Of a DNA stretch of 64,000 nt, positions 1 to 10,194 are shown piece after piece. Numbering within the stretch: the first letter of the stretch is position 1; the number at the start of each line of letters is the position of its first letter. The notes below the pieces were generated by a model. It did not search any database. It had not been told where the DNA came from and worked only from the letters and a program-made list of their open reading frames with translations. The DNA comes from Bacteroidota bacterium (GTDB lineage: Bacteria; Bacteroidota; Bacteroidia; UBA4408), in the NCBI GenBank assembly GCA_037131955.1, contig JBAXQC010000006.1, forward strand, positions 2,388 through 66,387, read 5' to 3'. The position numbers were made by a program, and so were the translations under genes.

Positions 1-421
1 TTGGAGTTATACTGGGGCTGGTTAAAAGTAACACCGAGCATTTCGCTCTTCTGCTAATATTTCTTGCAATGGATCCAACATAGTATTTATATAAATTTTC
101 TTTTTCCAATGCTCCAAGAATTAATAAATCTACAATGTTTAATTTGCACAAATCTAAAATTGTTTCTGTAGGATCACCGTTCATCCAAATAACTTTAGTT
201 TTTACTTTATTAAATCCAATTTGATTAAAAAGTGTATCAAATGTTTCTTCTTTTTTTAGGTCTTTTTCTCCTGCATGAATTAGCAGTAAATTGCTCTTAA
301 ACGAATCTGCATAATGTTTTGCTTCGTAAAGTAAATTCTCTAGTCTAGGGGAAAATGCAAAGGCAACTGCAATTGTTTCGAAAGGGTAAGATGGCCTTTT
401 TTTTAACTTTGAAATGTCCAT
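1..421 (-). CDS. Universal stress protein (UspA-family) domain protein, 3'-truncated by the window edge
   Basis: Minus-strand ORF starting at ATG 421..419 and running off coordinate 1. Translation MDISKLKKRPSYPFETIAVAFAFSPRL...LLIHAGE...VDLLILGALEKENLYKYYVGSIARNISRRAKCSV has the USP alpha/beta signature (G-x2-G...S hydrophobic core, C-terminal 'A.CPVL'-like segment). Starts 78 bp downstream of the sensor-phosphatase gene. Confidence 0.45.
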   Translation of the reverse strand, partial: MDISKLKKRPSYPFETIAVAFAFSPRLENLLYEAKHYADSFKSNLLLIHAGEKDLKKEETFDTLFNQIGFNKVKTKVIWMNGDPTETILDLCKLNIVDLLILGALEKENLYKYYVGSIARNISRRAKCSVLLLTSPSITP

Positions 422-498
422 GAGCTATTGTTTTGAGAATATAAAAGTATAAAATTAGTACGATTGAAAAGCTTTGGTCAAAAATAAATAATTGGTTT

Positions 499-3400
499 CT
501 ACATTACATAAATTCCAATCAGCAAAATATCATCTATTTGTTCATGTCCTTCTATCCAATTATTGAGGGTTGTATTTAGTTTTTCTTTTTGATGTGAAGC
601 AGATGATGGAAAGATTTCTAGAAGCGTTTCTTTTAACTTTTTAACCATAAATTTCTTTCCCAATGCTCCGCCAAATTGGTCAGGAAATCCGTCGGTAAAA
701 GCATACAACCAAGAAGGTTCCTCAATTTTTATAGTTTGCAAAGTAAATTCTCTTGTTTCATTTTCTTTTAATTGAAGTCCTCCAATTGGCATTTTATCAG
801 CCTTATATTCTACAAGACCATTTTTATTAATTACATAAAAGGGTCGGTTTGCACCAGCATATTCTACCTGTTTTTTGGCTTTATTAATTTTTAATAGGAC
901 CATGTCCATTCCGTCTCTTGACTCTGCAAAGTGATAGTTTTGTTTTAATGCTATTCTTACAGATTCATGCAATTCATTTAAAATTAAATTGGGTTGGTAA
1001 ATTTTTTTCTCGTTAACAATTTCATTTAATAAGGTGTGACCAATCATACTCATAAATGCTCCAGGAACGCCATGTCCTGTGCAATCTACCACTGCAATAA
1101 AAGATTCATTTTCGTTTATTTTAGAGTACCAATAGAAATCGCCACTTACAATATCTCTGGGTCTATAAAAAATAAAACTATCTTTAAAATTAGATTCAAT
1201 TTCTTCTTGCAAAGGAAGTATAGCTTCTTGAATTCTTTTTGCATACTGAATGCTATCTGTGATGTCTTTGTTTTTTAATTCTACCAAAACTTTTTGGTGC
1301 TCTACAATTTCTTTTTGCTGACTAATTTCTTGTGTTCTTTCTTTTACAATTTTTTCTAATCTTAATTTCGCTTTTTTAAGTCTATATACACTGATTTTTA
1401 CAATTAAAACTACAACAACTACTAAGAGAGATAAATAAATCAGGTAAGTAATATTCGTTCTGTACCAAGGAGGATTAATTGTAAATTCAAATGTTGCTTC
1501 TTTACCAATTTTTCCGTATATATTTTTAGAACGAACATGAAAGGTATAGTTCCCTTCTCTTAGTTTGAGGTATTGAATTTTTATACCCTCTGAAAATGGT
1601 TTCCATTTTTCCTCCAATCCTTCGAGGTAATATGAGTATTCATTTTTTTCAGAATTATCAAAGGATGGCGATGCAAATACAAAAGTTAAATCATTGTTTT
1701 TATGTAAAATATTCGTATTGTAAAAATAGTTGTCACCAGGGAATCCTTCAAAAATTGTATCATTTCCTGCACTTACACATCGTATGAGCGTATTTACTAT
1801 TATAGAAGAAGATGATTTTTGTGTTTGATTGTAGCAAAAAATTCCATCCATAGAAGACAATAACGCATAATTTTTATTGCTTATATAGATGCCATAAATT
1901 GATTGATTTTCTAACCTAGAAATATAATTGGATTGGATTAAATTTTGTGAATTGAATCTATAAATTTTACTTTTTAATTGGCTGTAAATAGAAATCCAAA
2001 TTATACCATTTTTATCTTCCACAATTGGAAATAATTGAACATTACCATTTATAATTTCTTTGGGGAATTTCTTTGATTTAAAAAACTTATCAGTTCTAAA
2101 ATCGTATTCCATCACTTCGCCAAGTGTACTAAAAAATAAACCAATTGAAGTATTGTATGGTTTAATAAAACTTAGATTATTTAAATTGTTTTTTTCATTA
2201 AAATAATAAATTTGATAATTGTTATTTGATGTAGACAATTTATTTTTATCTAAAAAACAAACCTTATTATTTTTTGCTTCGGTAAGTGCAATAATTCCAT
2301 CATATGTTGTTCCTAGCCATACAATCCCTTTCTCATCTACCTCAATTTTTCTAATTTCGTAGGGAATAGAGTCAAAGTATTTTTCATTTTTCCAAGTGCC
2401 ATTGGTGTATTCAAATAAAACAAGCCCATCCTTTAACCCAATAAACAGTTTGTTTTGTTCACTAATAAATTTAGTGCAATAGGCGTAGTTCGAATAGATA
2501 AGCTTTGCTTTATTGCCTTTTAATTCATAAACCCCTTGCTGGGTTGAAACAAGCACAATGTTAAGCCCTTCTAAAACTTCTAAACACCATGCTGGAGAAT
2601 TAATTCCAACAATAGGCAAAAATTTCCTCGTGCTCTTATCATCAATTTTATAATATGAAACACCTTTTGATGAACTAACATAAATGTAATTGTTGTACTC
2701 ACATACCTCATCAAGTCTTCCTGGTAATCCATCTTGCTCTCCAAAAAAAGTTATTGGTGAGTTTATTTCAATTCTAGAAATTCCCTTGTCTAGTGCCAAC
2801 CACAAACCATCCTGATTATCTAAGAAAATATTTTTTACAAGCTGGTCTGGTAATCCACTTTTTTTGTTCAGCTTCTGAAGTAATTTACCCTTGTAATCTA
2901 CAATATACACTCCGTTGTATATTGTGCCTAAAGCAATATTACTTTCATTTATTTTTATTCCGCAATACAAAAATCCTTCTATAAGTTCATCGTCAATTTC
3001 AGTTTTAAATTTCTCAACTTCTCCAAGTGCTGAAATTGTAAATAGACCTCTTTCTTTTGTTCCAGCAATTAAACTATTGTTTTTAGAGGAGATCAGGCAG
3101 TAAAGTTTTTCGTTTTTAAAAAATTCGCCTCCTGAAATTGGTTCTAATTTATTATTTACTATTTTTTTTATTCCAGATCCAATTTCTAAAACATAAATTT
3201 GATTGTTTACTTTATAGCTAAAGTGAAATGATTTGCCTTTTTCTGGAACAATTTCGGTTATTGTTGTCCCGTTGTAAACAAATATTTGTGTATTGGTTTG
3301 AAAATAAACATACTTTCCAATACAATACGTTTTCCATACATCTCCAAAGCCAGAAGTTGATTTTAGCAAAGCATTTAATGAAACGTATTTAAGCGTTCCG

Positions 3401-3720
3401 TTGTTTGGTTGTAGATAGCCAATTTCGCCTACTGAACCGGCATAAATAATATTTGAATCGCTAACAGCTAAAGACCTAAAAATAGATTTGTTATCGTTGC
3501 TGTAATAGCTCCAATTACTTCCATCAAACTCCATTAATGCTGTTGTATTTGCAACATATATCAATTTGCGTTTGTCCTGAACAATACACCAATTATCTGG
3601 AGCAGATTTATATTCGTTGGGTAAATAATTTTTGATGAAAGGTGTACCTGTAGGAATTTGACAAAATAATAATTTTGAAATTCCAATCAGCAATATTAAT
3701 ATGCTTAGTTTTTTATTCAA
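499..3720 (-). CDS. Periplasmic two-component-regulator-type beta-propeller/Y_Y_Y sensor fused to a cytoplasmic PP2C (SpoIIE-family) serine phosphatase
   Basis: 1073 aa. N-terminal signal peptide, ~700 aa of repetitive propeller-like sequence and a Y_Y_Y domain ending '...FTINPPWYRTNITY'. This is followed by one TM helix (LIYLSLLVVVVVLIV), a coiled coil and a C-terminal PP2C/SpoIIE domain (GDFYWY...VVDCTGHGVPGAFMSMIG...DGMDMVLL...YAGANRPFYV...FTDGFPDQFG). No HisKA/HATPase or receiver domain. Confidence 0.75.
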   Translation of the reverse strand: MNKKLSILILLIGISKLLFCQIPTGTPFIKNYLPNEYKSAPDNWCIVQDKRKLIYVANTTALMEFDGSNWSYYSNDNKSIFRSLAVSDSNIIYAGSVGEIGYLQPNNGTLKYVSLNALLKSTSGFGDVWKTYCIGKYVYFQTNTQIFVYNGTTITEIVPEKGKSFHFSYKVNNQIYVLEIGSGIKKIVNNKLEPISGGEFFKNEKLYCLISSKNNSLIAGTKERGLFTISALGEVEKFKTEIDDELIEGFLYCGIKINESNIALGTIYNGVYIVDYKGKLLQKLNKKSGLPDQLVKNIFLDNQDGLWLALDKGISRIEINSPITFFGEQDGLPGRLDEVCEYNNYIYVSSSKGVSYYKIDDKSTRKFLPIVGINSPAWCLEVLEGLNIVLVSTQQGVYELKGNKAKLIYSNYAYCTKFISEQNKLFIGLKDGLVLFEYTNGTWKNEKYFDSIPYEIRKIEVDEKGIVWLGTTYDGIIALTEAKNNKVCFLDKNKLSTSNNNYQIYYFNEKNNLNNLSFIKPYNTSIGLFFSTLGEVMEYDFRTDKFFKSKKFPKEIINGNVQLFPIVEDKNGIIWISIYSQLKSKIYRFNSQNLIQSNYISRLENQSIYGIYISNKNYALLSSMDGIFCYNQTQKSSSSIIVNTLIRCVSAGNDTIFEGFPGDNYFYNTNILHKNNDLTFVFASPSFDNSEKNEYSYYLEGLEEKWKPFSEGIKIQYLKLREGNYTFHVRSKNIYGKIGKEATFEFTINPPWYRTNITYLIYLSLLVVVVVLIVKISVYRLKKAKLRLEKIVKERTQEISQQKEIVEHQKVLVELKNKDITDSIQYAKRIQEAILPLQEEIESNFKDSFIFYRPRDIVSGDFYWYSKINENESFIAVVDCTGHGVPGAFMSMIGHTLLNEIVNEKKIYQPNLILNELHESVRIALKQNYHFAESRDGMDMVLLKINKAKKQVEYAGANRPFYVINKNGLVEYKADKMPIGGLQLKENETREFTLQTIKIEEPSWLYAFTDGFPDQFGGALGKKFMVKKLKETLLEIFPSSASHQKEKLNTTLNNWIEGHEQIDDILLIGIYVM

Positions 3721-4249
3721 GGGTTTTGGATTTTACTAACCATTGCATACCAATAAATGGAATGAACTTACTTGTTGAATTTATTGCCAAGCCTGTTTCT
3801 AAATAAAAGGATTTATAAACTTTAAATACTGCACCCGTTTTTAATTCAGAATTGTTTAATAGCTGCACATTTAAACTATTTACATTATTTTTGTTTGAGT
3901 CCATTACTTGATAAGAAAACAAAGATGTTTGTGCCTGAATAAATACAAATAGGTTTTCGTATTTTTTAAAATCCCACCAAAATCTCCCAAAAAAATTTGG
4001 ATTAATACTCAAGGAATTTGTTGTTGCATTTAATCTACTATAAACTGTGTTAAAGGTAAAACCAATACTCACCTTTTCATTTACAAAAAATCCAATTCCA
4101 GGGTTTAAAACAGTCGCAATAATTTTTGCATTATTAGAATAAGATACAGAGCCACCAAAGGGAATATGCTTTGAATATTGACAAAAAGCCTTATTCAAAT
4201 TAAGTAAGTAAAACACAAAAAGAGTAATGCAAAATAAATTCTTCATCAA
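3713..4249 (-). CDS. Small secreted protein, probable outer-membrane beta-barrel (OmpW/OmpA-beta-barrel-like)
   Basis: 178 aa. Signal peptide MMKNLFCITLFVFYLLNLNKAFCQ, alternating amphipathic beta-strand pattern, C-terminal aromatic residue. Its stop overlaps the sensor gene start by 8 bp, suggesting an operon. Confidence 0.4.
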   Translation of the reverse strand: MMKNLFCITLFVFYLLNLNKAFCQYSKHIPFGGSVSYSNNAKIIATVLNPGIGFFVNEKVSIGFTFNTVYSRLNATTNSLSINPNFFGRFWWDFKKYENLFVFIQAQTSLFSYQVMDSNKNNVNSLNVQLLNNSELKTGAVFKVYKSFYLETGLAINSTSKFIPFIGMQWLVKSKTLE

Positions 4250-4313
4250 AAAAAATGGTAATTTGTGATTACGAATTTAATCAAAGAATTTAATAAAACT
4301 AAAAAGTTAATTT

Positions 4314-6383
4314 CTAATAATAGCCATTTCTTTTTCTAAGAAACCATTCAGTAGAAAGTAAAATTAGAATAAAAATAAAAATCCATTTAATATTTATGGC
4401 ATCTTTAAACTGTTTGTTGGTAAAAGACATTGGTTTTATTTCTTCTCTGTTTTTTATCATTTCTACTAAGTCTTTCTCCTTGCCAGGATAAAACATTTTG
4501 CCCGAAGATTTTAATGCTAAAGTTTGCAGCAGATTATGATTAGCAACGGAATTTACTAATTCAGAAAATAATTTTTCAATTCTAAATTTTCCTGATTCCG
4601 AATAGCTTTTCCCACCTAGATTAACTTTTGAAGAATACGTATAATTACCGGGAGGCAACAGGCCTGCGTCTAAATGATAATTTTTAAAGTTTTTATTGAA
4701 GGTAAAAGGATATTTTTTTCCTTTATCGTTTGTAATTTCGATTATTAATTCGGGCTCATTCACTAATTCATTTATTTCATTGAACAATTCGGCATCCATT
4801 TCTATGTTCTCATTTTCTTTGTAGGAGTTTTTGCCGAAGATTCTAAACGGTTTTTTGTTTTCTTTTGAAGCCAAATACTGCAAAATTTTTCCAACTAAAT
4901 TAGTGAAGTTTTCGTGGTTCTGGTTTTGTGTAAAATCATTTATTTTCCACTTCCAAAGCCCTTCTCCGCAAACAAAACCATATTTATTTGAATTTACTTC
5001 TTGAAAAAATAGTAGGGGATTAGAACTGTTTATTGTGCCAACTTTTTGAGTAAATAAAACATTAGCATTTACTGCTGTTTTGTATCCTCCAAAAGGAGCA
5101 TAAAGTGGCGGTAATTGATTTATATATTTTAAGATTTTATCGTCTAAAGAAAAAGAAGAAAATGCTTTATTGTAGGAGGGAAATACTTCGTTTGGTTTTT
5201 GTGATTGAGATGTTAAGGAAAATGATACGGGTAAACTATTTAAAACCGAAAAATTAGTTTGTGCACCAACAGTAAATAAGCAAGGAATATTTTTGTTTAT
5301 AGCTTCTTGTATAAATCTATTGCCTAAGCCTGATAAAGAAGGAATTTGGAAGAAAATAACTAAATTGTATAAATCTATTTTACCTTTAAATTCTTCTGCA
5401 TTAAAATAATCGCAAGTGTAAGCTTCGTTACCTTGTATTGTATTAACAATGGCTGCAATATCTGGATGTGGCGCAGAAGACAGAATTAATATTTTTTCTT
5501 TGTTTTCAATTACTTCAACAAAAATTTCGCGGGTATTATTGTTAACAGTAAATTCGCCTTCAAGCGGTGTTACTTGTAAAGTATAAGATTTTAAACCACC
5601 TGATTTAGCCTCAATATTAAAACTAATATTGCTTAGTTGGCTATTTTTAGTAAAAGTTATTTGCTGTTCGGCAATTAAATTTTCTCCTTCTTTTAAAGTA
5701 ACTTTAGTTTGCCTTCCTTTAAATTCATTTGATTCTACAGTAATTTCAATGGGGAAGGTATTGCCAAGGTAGGCAAATTTGTTACTGAGGACTTTGTTTA
5801 TGGCTAAATCTCTTTTTACAGTTGTATCTCCCCAAGCTATGCTATAGAAAGGTACTTCTTGAACAAAGGAGTTGTTTGTAGGATTTTCACCTCTATTTAT
5901 TATTCCATCACTTAAAAGAATAACTGCACCTAAATTTCTTCCCGAAAAATTATTTTGCACTTCGTTTACTAATTCAGAAATATCAGTTTCCTTATCGCTA
6001 TAATTTGCCAAAGAGTTGTTTGTAATTTTTTGTCCAAACAAATACGTTTTTAAATCGTATTTTTCATTTAGTTCGTTTTGTATGGTAGAAATGCTTTTGT
6101 TTATTTTTTCTTTATCATTTAATTGCATAGACTCTGAATTATCTATTGCCAAAACTAAGATAGGTTTTTGTACGTCTACATTCTCCCATTTTATCAGTAG
6201 GTTTAGAAGCAGCAAAGAAATAGTAAATACACTTAAAAAACGGAGAGAAAAAAGTAAATAATACAACCAGTTTTTTATTTCAAACTGATTTCTTTTTCTA
6301 TACAAAAACCAAGCATAAAAGAACCCTGCTACAACAGATAATCCAACCATCCACAAAGGGTAGCCCAAAACAACTTTATACAT
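4314..6383 (-). CDS. N-terminal double-transmembrane vWA-domain protein (BatA-like family)
   Basis: 689 aa. Two N-terminal TM helices, then a vWA MIDAS motif 'VLAIDNSESM' and further 'ILLSDG'. Matches the TIGR02226-type double-TM anchored vWA proteins of Bacteroidota. No MoxR ATPase partner in the window. Confidence 0.55.
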   Translation of the reverse strand: MYKVVLGYPLWMVGLSVVAGFFYAWFLYRKRNQFEIKNWLYYLLFSLRFLSVFTISLLLLNLLIKWENVDVQKPILVLAIDNSESMQLNDKEKINKSISTIQNELNEKYDLKTYLFGQKITNNSLANYSDKETDISELVNEVQNNFSGRNLGAVILLSDGIINRGENPTNNSFVQEVPFYSIAWGDTTVKRDLAINKVLSNKFAYLGNTFPIEITVESNEFKGRQTKVTLKEGENLIAEQQITFTKNSQLSNISFNIEAKSGGLKSYTLQVTPLEGEFTVNNNTREIFVEVIENKEKILILSSAPHPDIAAIVNTIQGNEAYTCDYFNAEEFKGKIDLYNLVIFFQIPSLSGLGNRFIQEAINKNIPCLFTVGAQTNFSVLNSLPVSFSLTSQSQKPNEVFPSYNKAFSSFSLDDKILKYINQLPPLYAPFGGYKTAVNANVLFTQKVGTINSSNPLLFFQEVNSNKYGFVCGEGLWKWKINDFTQNQNHENFTNLVGKILQYLASKENKKPFRIFGKNSYKENENIEMDAELFNEINELVNEPELIIEITNDKGKKYPFTFNKNFKNYHLDAGLLPPGNYTYSSKVNLGGKSYSESGKFRIEKLFSELVNSVANHNLLQTLALKSSGKMFYPGKEKDLVEMIKNREEIKPMSFTNKQFKDAINIKWIFIFILILLSTEWFLRKRNGYY

Positions 6384-6397
6384 TATTATCTAAAAAA

Positions 6398-7144
6398 TTA
6401 GGTAAGCATACCGCCACAAACAGAAATTGTTTGGCCGGTAATATAGGAACTCATATCGCTTGCTAAAAACAAAGCAAGATTGGCAACATCTTCTGTTGTT
6501 CCACCTCGTTTTAGTGGGATGCCGTCTCGCCAGCTTTGAATAGTTTTTTCATCTAGTGCTCCTGTCATTTCTGTTTCAATAAATCCCGGGGCAATAGAAT
6601 TACATCTAATATTTCTTGAACCTAATTCCAGCGCCACAGATTTTGAAAAGCCAATGATACCAGCTTTTGAAGCTGCATAATTTGATTGTCCGGCATTTCC
6701 TTTTACTCCCACAACAGAACTCATATTTATGATGCTTCCTTTGCGAGCTTTAAGCATTGGGCGCTGCACCGCTTTTGTAATATTAAAAATCGATTTAAGG
6801 TTTACTTTAATTACTTCATCAAAATTTTCTTCCGTCATTCTCATCAGCAAACCGTCTTTTGTTATTCCAGCATTATTTACAACAACATCAATAGTTCCAA
6901 ATTCTGCAACAATTGCAGTAATTAAGTCATCGGCTGCTTTAAAATCTGATGCATCACTTTTATACCCTTTTGCTTTAATTCCAAAAGCGGATAATTCTTT
7001 CTCCAGTTCTTTTGCTTTTTCATCGCTAGAAAGGTAAGTAAATGCCACATTTGCTCCTTGTTCTGCAAATTTAATTGCTATACCTTTTCCTATTCCTCTT
7101 GAGGCTCCTGTAACAAGAGCCACTTTATTTTCTAGTAATTTCAT
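6398..7144 (-). CDS. fabG: 3-oxoacyl-[acyl-carrier-protein] reductase
   Basis: 248 aa classical SDR. TGASRGIGKGIA cofactor motif, NNAG, S-Y-K catalytic triad (YAASKAG), C-terminal ...GQTISVCGGM. Very close to FabG consensus. Confidence 0.9.
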   Translation of the reverse strand: MKLLENKVALVTGASRGIGKGIAIKFAEQGANVAFTYLSSDEKAKELEKELSAFGIKAKGYKSDASDFKAADDLITAIVAEFGTIDVVVNNAGITKDGLLMRMTEENFDEVIKVNLKSIFNITKAVQRPMLKARKGSIINMSSVVGVKGNAGQSNYAASKAGIIGFSKSVALELGSRNIRCNSIAPGFIETEMTGALDEKTIQSWRDGIPLKRGGTTEDVANLALFLASDMSSYITGQTISVCGGMLT

Positions 7145-7248
7145 ATTAAAAAAATTTAATCTTCAAATATAGTTAATTTGATTTTATTGCAATTTGCAGC
7201 CTAGGTTACATTGGTTAAAAAAACAGAATAAATTGTTGGCTACTAGAT

Positions 7249-8469
7249 TTAGCTTAAATTAAAAAATTCCGTAGCCATTTTTTCTATTTCTGAACCAATG
7301 GCCAAAGACGCTGTAGCAGCAGGAGATGGTGCATTTAAAACATGCAATGCATTTCCACTTTTTTCAATTTTAAAATCGTCAATCATTTCTCCTTCTGGTG
7401 CAAGTGCCATTGCTCTTACGCCTGCTCTTCCGGGTACAATATCGTCCATCTCTAAGCTTGGAATTAATTTATTTAAGCGTTTTAGAAATAATTTTTTCGA
7501 AAAAGCACCTCTATATTCATCTAAACCAAACTTCCAATGTTTTGCAAAAAATTTCCAAGTTCCTCCAAACGCAAATGCCTCAACCGTGTCTTTTAAACTA
7601 AAATCTGTTTTGCCATATCCTTCACGTTTAAAAACAAAAACTGCATTTGGTCCGCATTCTGTTCCTCCTTGAATCATTCTTGTAAAATGAACTCCTAAGA
7701 ATGGAAATTTGGGATTGGGAACGGGATAAATTAAATGTTTTACTTTTTCCATTCCTTTTTCTGAAAGGTCGTAATAGTCGCCTCTAAATCCCACAATAGC
7801 TGCATCAGTTTTTGTACCTTCTTTTTTTGATATTCTGTCGCTTTGCAATCCAGCACACGCAATAATATAACTTCCAGAAAAATTTCCTTTAGGAGTTTTT
7901 ATAAGAGTGTAATCTTGATGTTTTTCAAACTCCTGTGCCTCTGCGCCGGTTATTACTTTGCTTTGAGGGAATTTTGCTTCAAATATTTCTACATATTTTC
8001 TAGTTACATCAGCATAATCTATAATGCCGGTGCACGATACATGTATTCCTGCAATTCCTCTGCAATAAGGTTCAATTTCTTTTATTTCTTTTGGACCAAC
8101 CAGTCTTAAACCCTCCACTCCGTTTTTTTGACCATTTCCAAATACTTTATTCATGTGCTCAAGCTCCGATGGATCGGTGGCAACAATTAGTTTTCCGCAA
8201 ATGTCATGTGCCACATGGTGTTCTTTTGCAAAGTCTACAAGTTCTCTTCGTCCATCCACACACAAACGAGCTTTATAGGATCCAGGCTTGTAATAAATCC
8301 CAGAATGTATAACGCCAGAGTTATGGCCTGTTTGATGTGCCGAAACTTCATTTTCTTTTTCTAATACAAGTATTTTTTTTGATGGGTATTTAGTATTTAA
8401 TTTTAGTGCAGTTGCCATCCCAACTGCTCCTGCTCCAATTATTATAATATCAAAAGTTGTGTTCTCCAT
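7249..8469 (-). CDS. lhgO: FAD-dependent L-2-hydroxyglutarate oxidase
   Basis: 406 aa. DIIIIGAGAVG dinucleotide fold, HQTGHNSGVIH, GPNAVFVFKREGY, NAPSPAATASLAIG. Collinear with the LhgO/YgaF family. Confidence 0.85.
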   Translation of the reverse strand: MENTTFDIIIIGAGAVGMATALKLNTKYPSKKILVLEKENEVSAHQTGHNSGVIHSGIYYKPGSYKARLCVDGRRELVDFAKEHHVAHDICGKLIVATDPSELEHMNKVFGNGQKNGVEGLRLVGPKEIKEIEPYCRGIAGIHVSCTGIIDYADVTRKYVEIFEAKFPQSKVITGAEAQEFEKHQDYTLIKTPKGNFSGSYIIACAGLQSDRISKKEGTKTDAAIVGFRGDYYDLSEKGMEKVKHLIYPVPNPKFPFLGVHFTRMIQGGTECGPNAVFVFKREGYGKTDFSLKDTVEAFAFGGTWKFFAKHWKFGLDEYRGAFSKKLFLKRLNKLIPSLEMDDIVPGRAGVRAMALAPEGEMIDDFKIEKSGNALHVLNAPSPAATASLAIGSEIEKMATEFFNLS

Positions 8470-8498
8470 TTTAATTTAAGTGTAATTAATTTTTTCTT

Positions 8499-9353
8499 TT
8501 AATAAATCGAAAGTATATAATTTTTTGCTTTGTCGTTGAATTTTCGTTTTACCAAATAATTTCTTTTTCTAACTAAAAATTCTGCTCTTTGCACACCACC
8601 TAAATAGAATTTTTGAAAAAACGAATAACCAATTAGTACAGATGTGATGTAATTTTTTATAAAAAAACTATACACTCCAAAGCTAAGGCCGGCCAATTGA
8701 AACAAAACACTCACTGCTCCTTCGGCAAAATAGCCTGCGTAAATTTGACCTGTACCTGGGAGAAAACTAGATAGCTTGCCTGCTTTTTTTTCGCTTTTAT
8801 ATTTTGGTATTGCTTTTAAATTATATAGAACATCAAGCTCAATTAGCTTTTGTATTTTTTCATCACTGCTATAATGATAATTGATGTATTGTTTAATTTT
8901 TTCTTTGGCTAAGTTAAAGCTGTCAAGTTCGTTTAAAACTAATCCATGCAACAAAAAAGATTTAACAATATAGGTGCTGTCTTCAATATAATTTTGCAAT
9001 TGAATTAATTGAGATTCGGCATTTTGGAAATTAGAATTTAAATAACTCGCAAATGCATTTTTATACCTTGCTAAGTAAAGCAAACTATCAGGTAAATCAT
9101 TAAATTTTATTCTCGACAAACTATATTCTGCCTCCACAAAATTATTTTGTGCCAACAAACAATCTCCTTTTTTTATCAAGGCACGGGTTAATTCCAAATT
9201 GTTAGAAGGGTTATATGCAATTCTTTCGTATTCAATTCCTGCCAAAACAAAATTTTCTGCATTAAAAAGGCTGTCTGCTTTTTGCCAATTATTCGCTGAA
9301 AATCCTTCTAAGTGGAATATGCAAATCAAGCATAATATTATTGTATATTTCAT
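8499..9353 (-). CDS. Secreted TPR-like protein with C-terminal membrane segment (paralogue A of a tandem pair)
   Basis: 284 aa. Signal peptide, TPR-like helical region, C-terminal motif KK.GKLSSFLPGTGQIYAGY followed by hydrophobic helices. Paralogous to the adjacent 9289..10194 ORF. Confidence 0.5.
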   Translation of the reverse strand: MKYTIILCLICIFHLEGFSANNWQKADSLFNAENFVLAGIEYERIAYNPSNNLELTRALIKKGDCLLAQNNFVEAEYSLSRIKFNDLPDSLLYLARYKNAFASYLNSNFQNAESQLIQLQNYIEDSTYIVKSFLLHGLVLNELDSFNLAKEKIKQYINYHYSSDEKIQKLIELDVLYNLKAIPKYKSEKKAGKLSSFLPGTGQIYAGYFAEGAVSVLFQLAGLSFGVYSFFIKNYITSVLIGYSFFQKFYLGGVQRAEFLVRKRNYLVKRKFNDKAKNYILSIY

Positions 9354-10194
9354 TGTATTGTTGTTCTCTGTATGTTCTTACGCTTATGGCACTACCCCAA
9401 ATGTTTCCAGCATAAAATATAGAAAAAATAGAAGCAAATAAAATAAACTGAACATCCTTAGGGCCTCTACGGTAAAGGTTTTCTGCGGCTACTACTCCAA
9501 ATATTGCACTGGGCAAAAATGTAGCCATGGCCTGTCCTCTATATCCTGCATAATATTTTCCTAATCCAGGAACTAGTGCAGATAAACCAGCCGCCACAAC
9601 AGGAGATTTCTTTTTTACTTTTTGCAATTCTTTTTTGTACGCTATGAGTTCTTTTTGTTCTTCGGAAAACTGTACGTTGTTGTATAAAAATATATTACTT
9701 ATGGAATCAAATCTTTTGTAGTCTTTTTTTAGCAAGGCACAAATACTTAGGTCCATTTTTGCCAATTCCAAAAACAATGAATCGTTTTTAGTATCAATTT
9801 TAGAAATTAAATTTTCGGCGTTAAGTGGCTTTCTTAAATATATCCATTCAAATGTTTCGTAGAATTTTGATTTTAGGTATACTGTAGAGTTCTTACTTAC
9901 TTTTTCAAAATATACTATGCTTGAATCTAATTTTTTTTGATTGTATAAAGACCAAGCAGCAAGGTAATTTAAACTGTCGTTAATTTGTTCAGTAAAATAA
10001 TTATCAGGAAATTTTTTATGAATACCTTTAATTAAAAATAGTGCATCAGTGTGTTCTTTACTATTTATTAAGTGCTCTATAAATTTTAATTCCTCTCGAG
10101 CAAGGTTAGATGAATCTTTTTGATCTTGTGCTTTAAGTAGCGCTGAAAAGCATAGAAAAACAAGCCCAAACACAACTAATTTAATGATTCTCAT
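9289..10194 (-). CDS. Secreted TPR-like protein with C-terminal membrane segment (paralogue B)
   Basis: 301 aa. Signal peptide MRIIKLVVFGLVFLCFSALLKAQ, TPR-like repeats, C-terminal KKSPVVAAGLSALVPGLGKYYAGY plus hydrophobic helices. Same architecture as 8499..9353. The 3' end overlaps the downstream paralogue by 65 nt. Confidence 0.5.
   Translation of the reverse strand: MRIIKLVVFGLVFLCFSALLKAQDQKDSSNLAREELKFIEHLINSKEHTDALFLIKGIHKKFPDNYFTEQINDSLNYLAAWSLYNQKKLDSSIVYFEKVSKNSTVYLKSKFYETFEWIYLRKPLNAENLISKIDTKNDSLFLELAKMDLSICALLKKDYKRFDSISNIFLYNNVQFSEEQKELIAYKKELQKVKKKSPVVAAGLSALVPGLGKYYAGYRGQAMATFLPSAIFGVVAAENLYRRGPKDVQFILFASIFSIFYAGNIWGSAISVRTYREQQYNEIYNNIMLDLHIPLRRIFSE

Noticed and set aside
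1036-3103. Small plus-strand ORFs (1036..1278, 1596..1787, 2793..3103) antisense to the sensor-phosphatase gene
   Set aside because: Wholly antisense within a well-supported 1073-aa CDS, with low-complexity translations.
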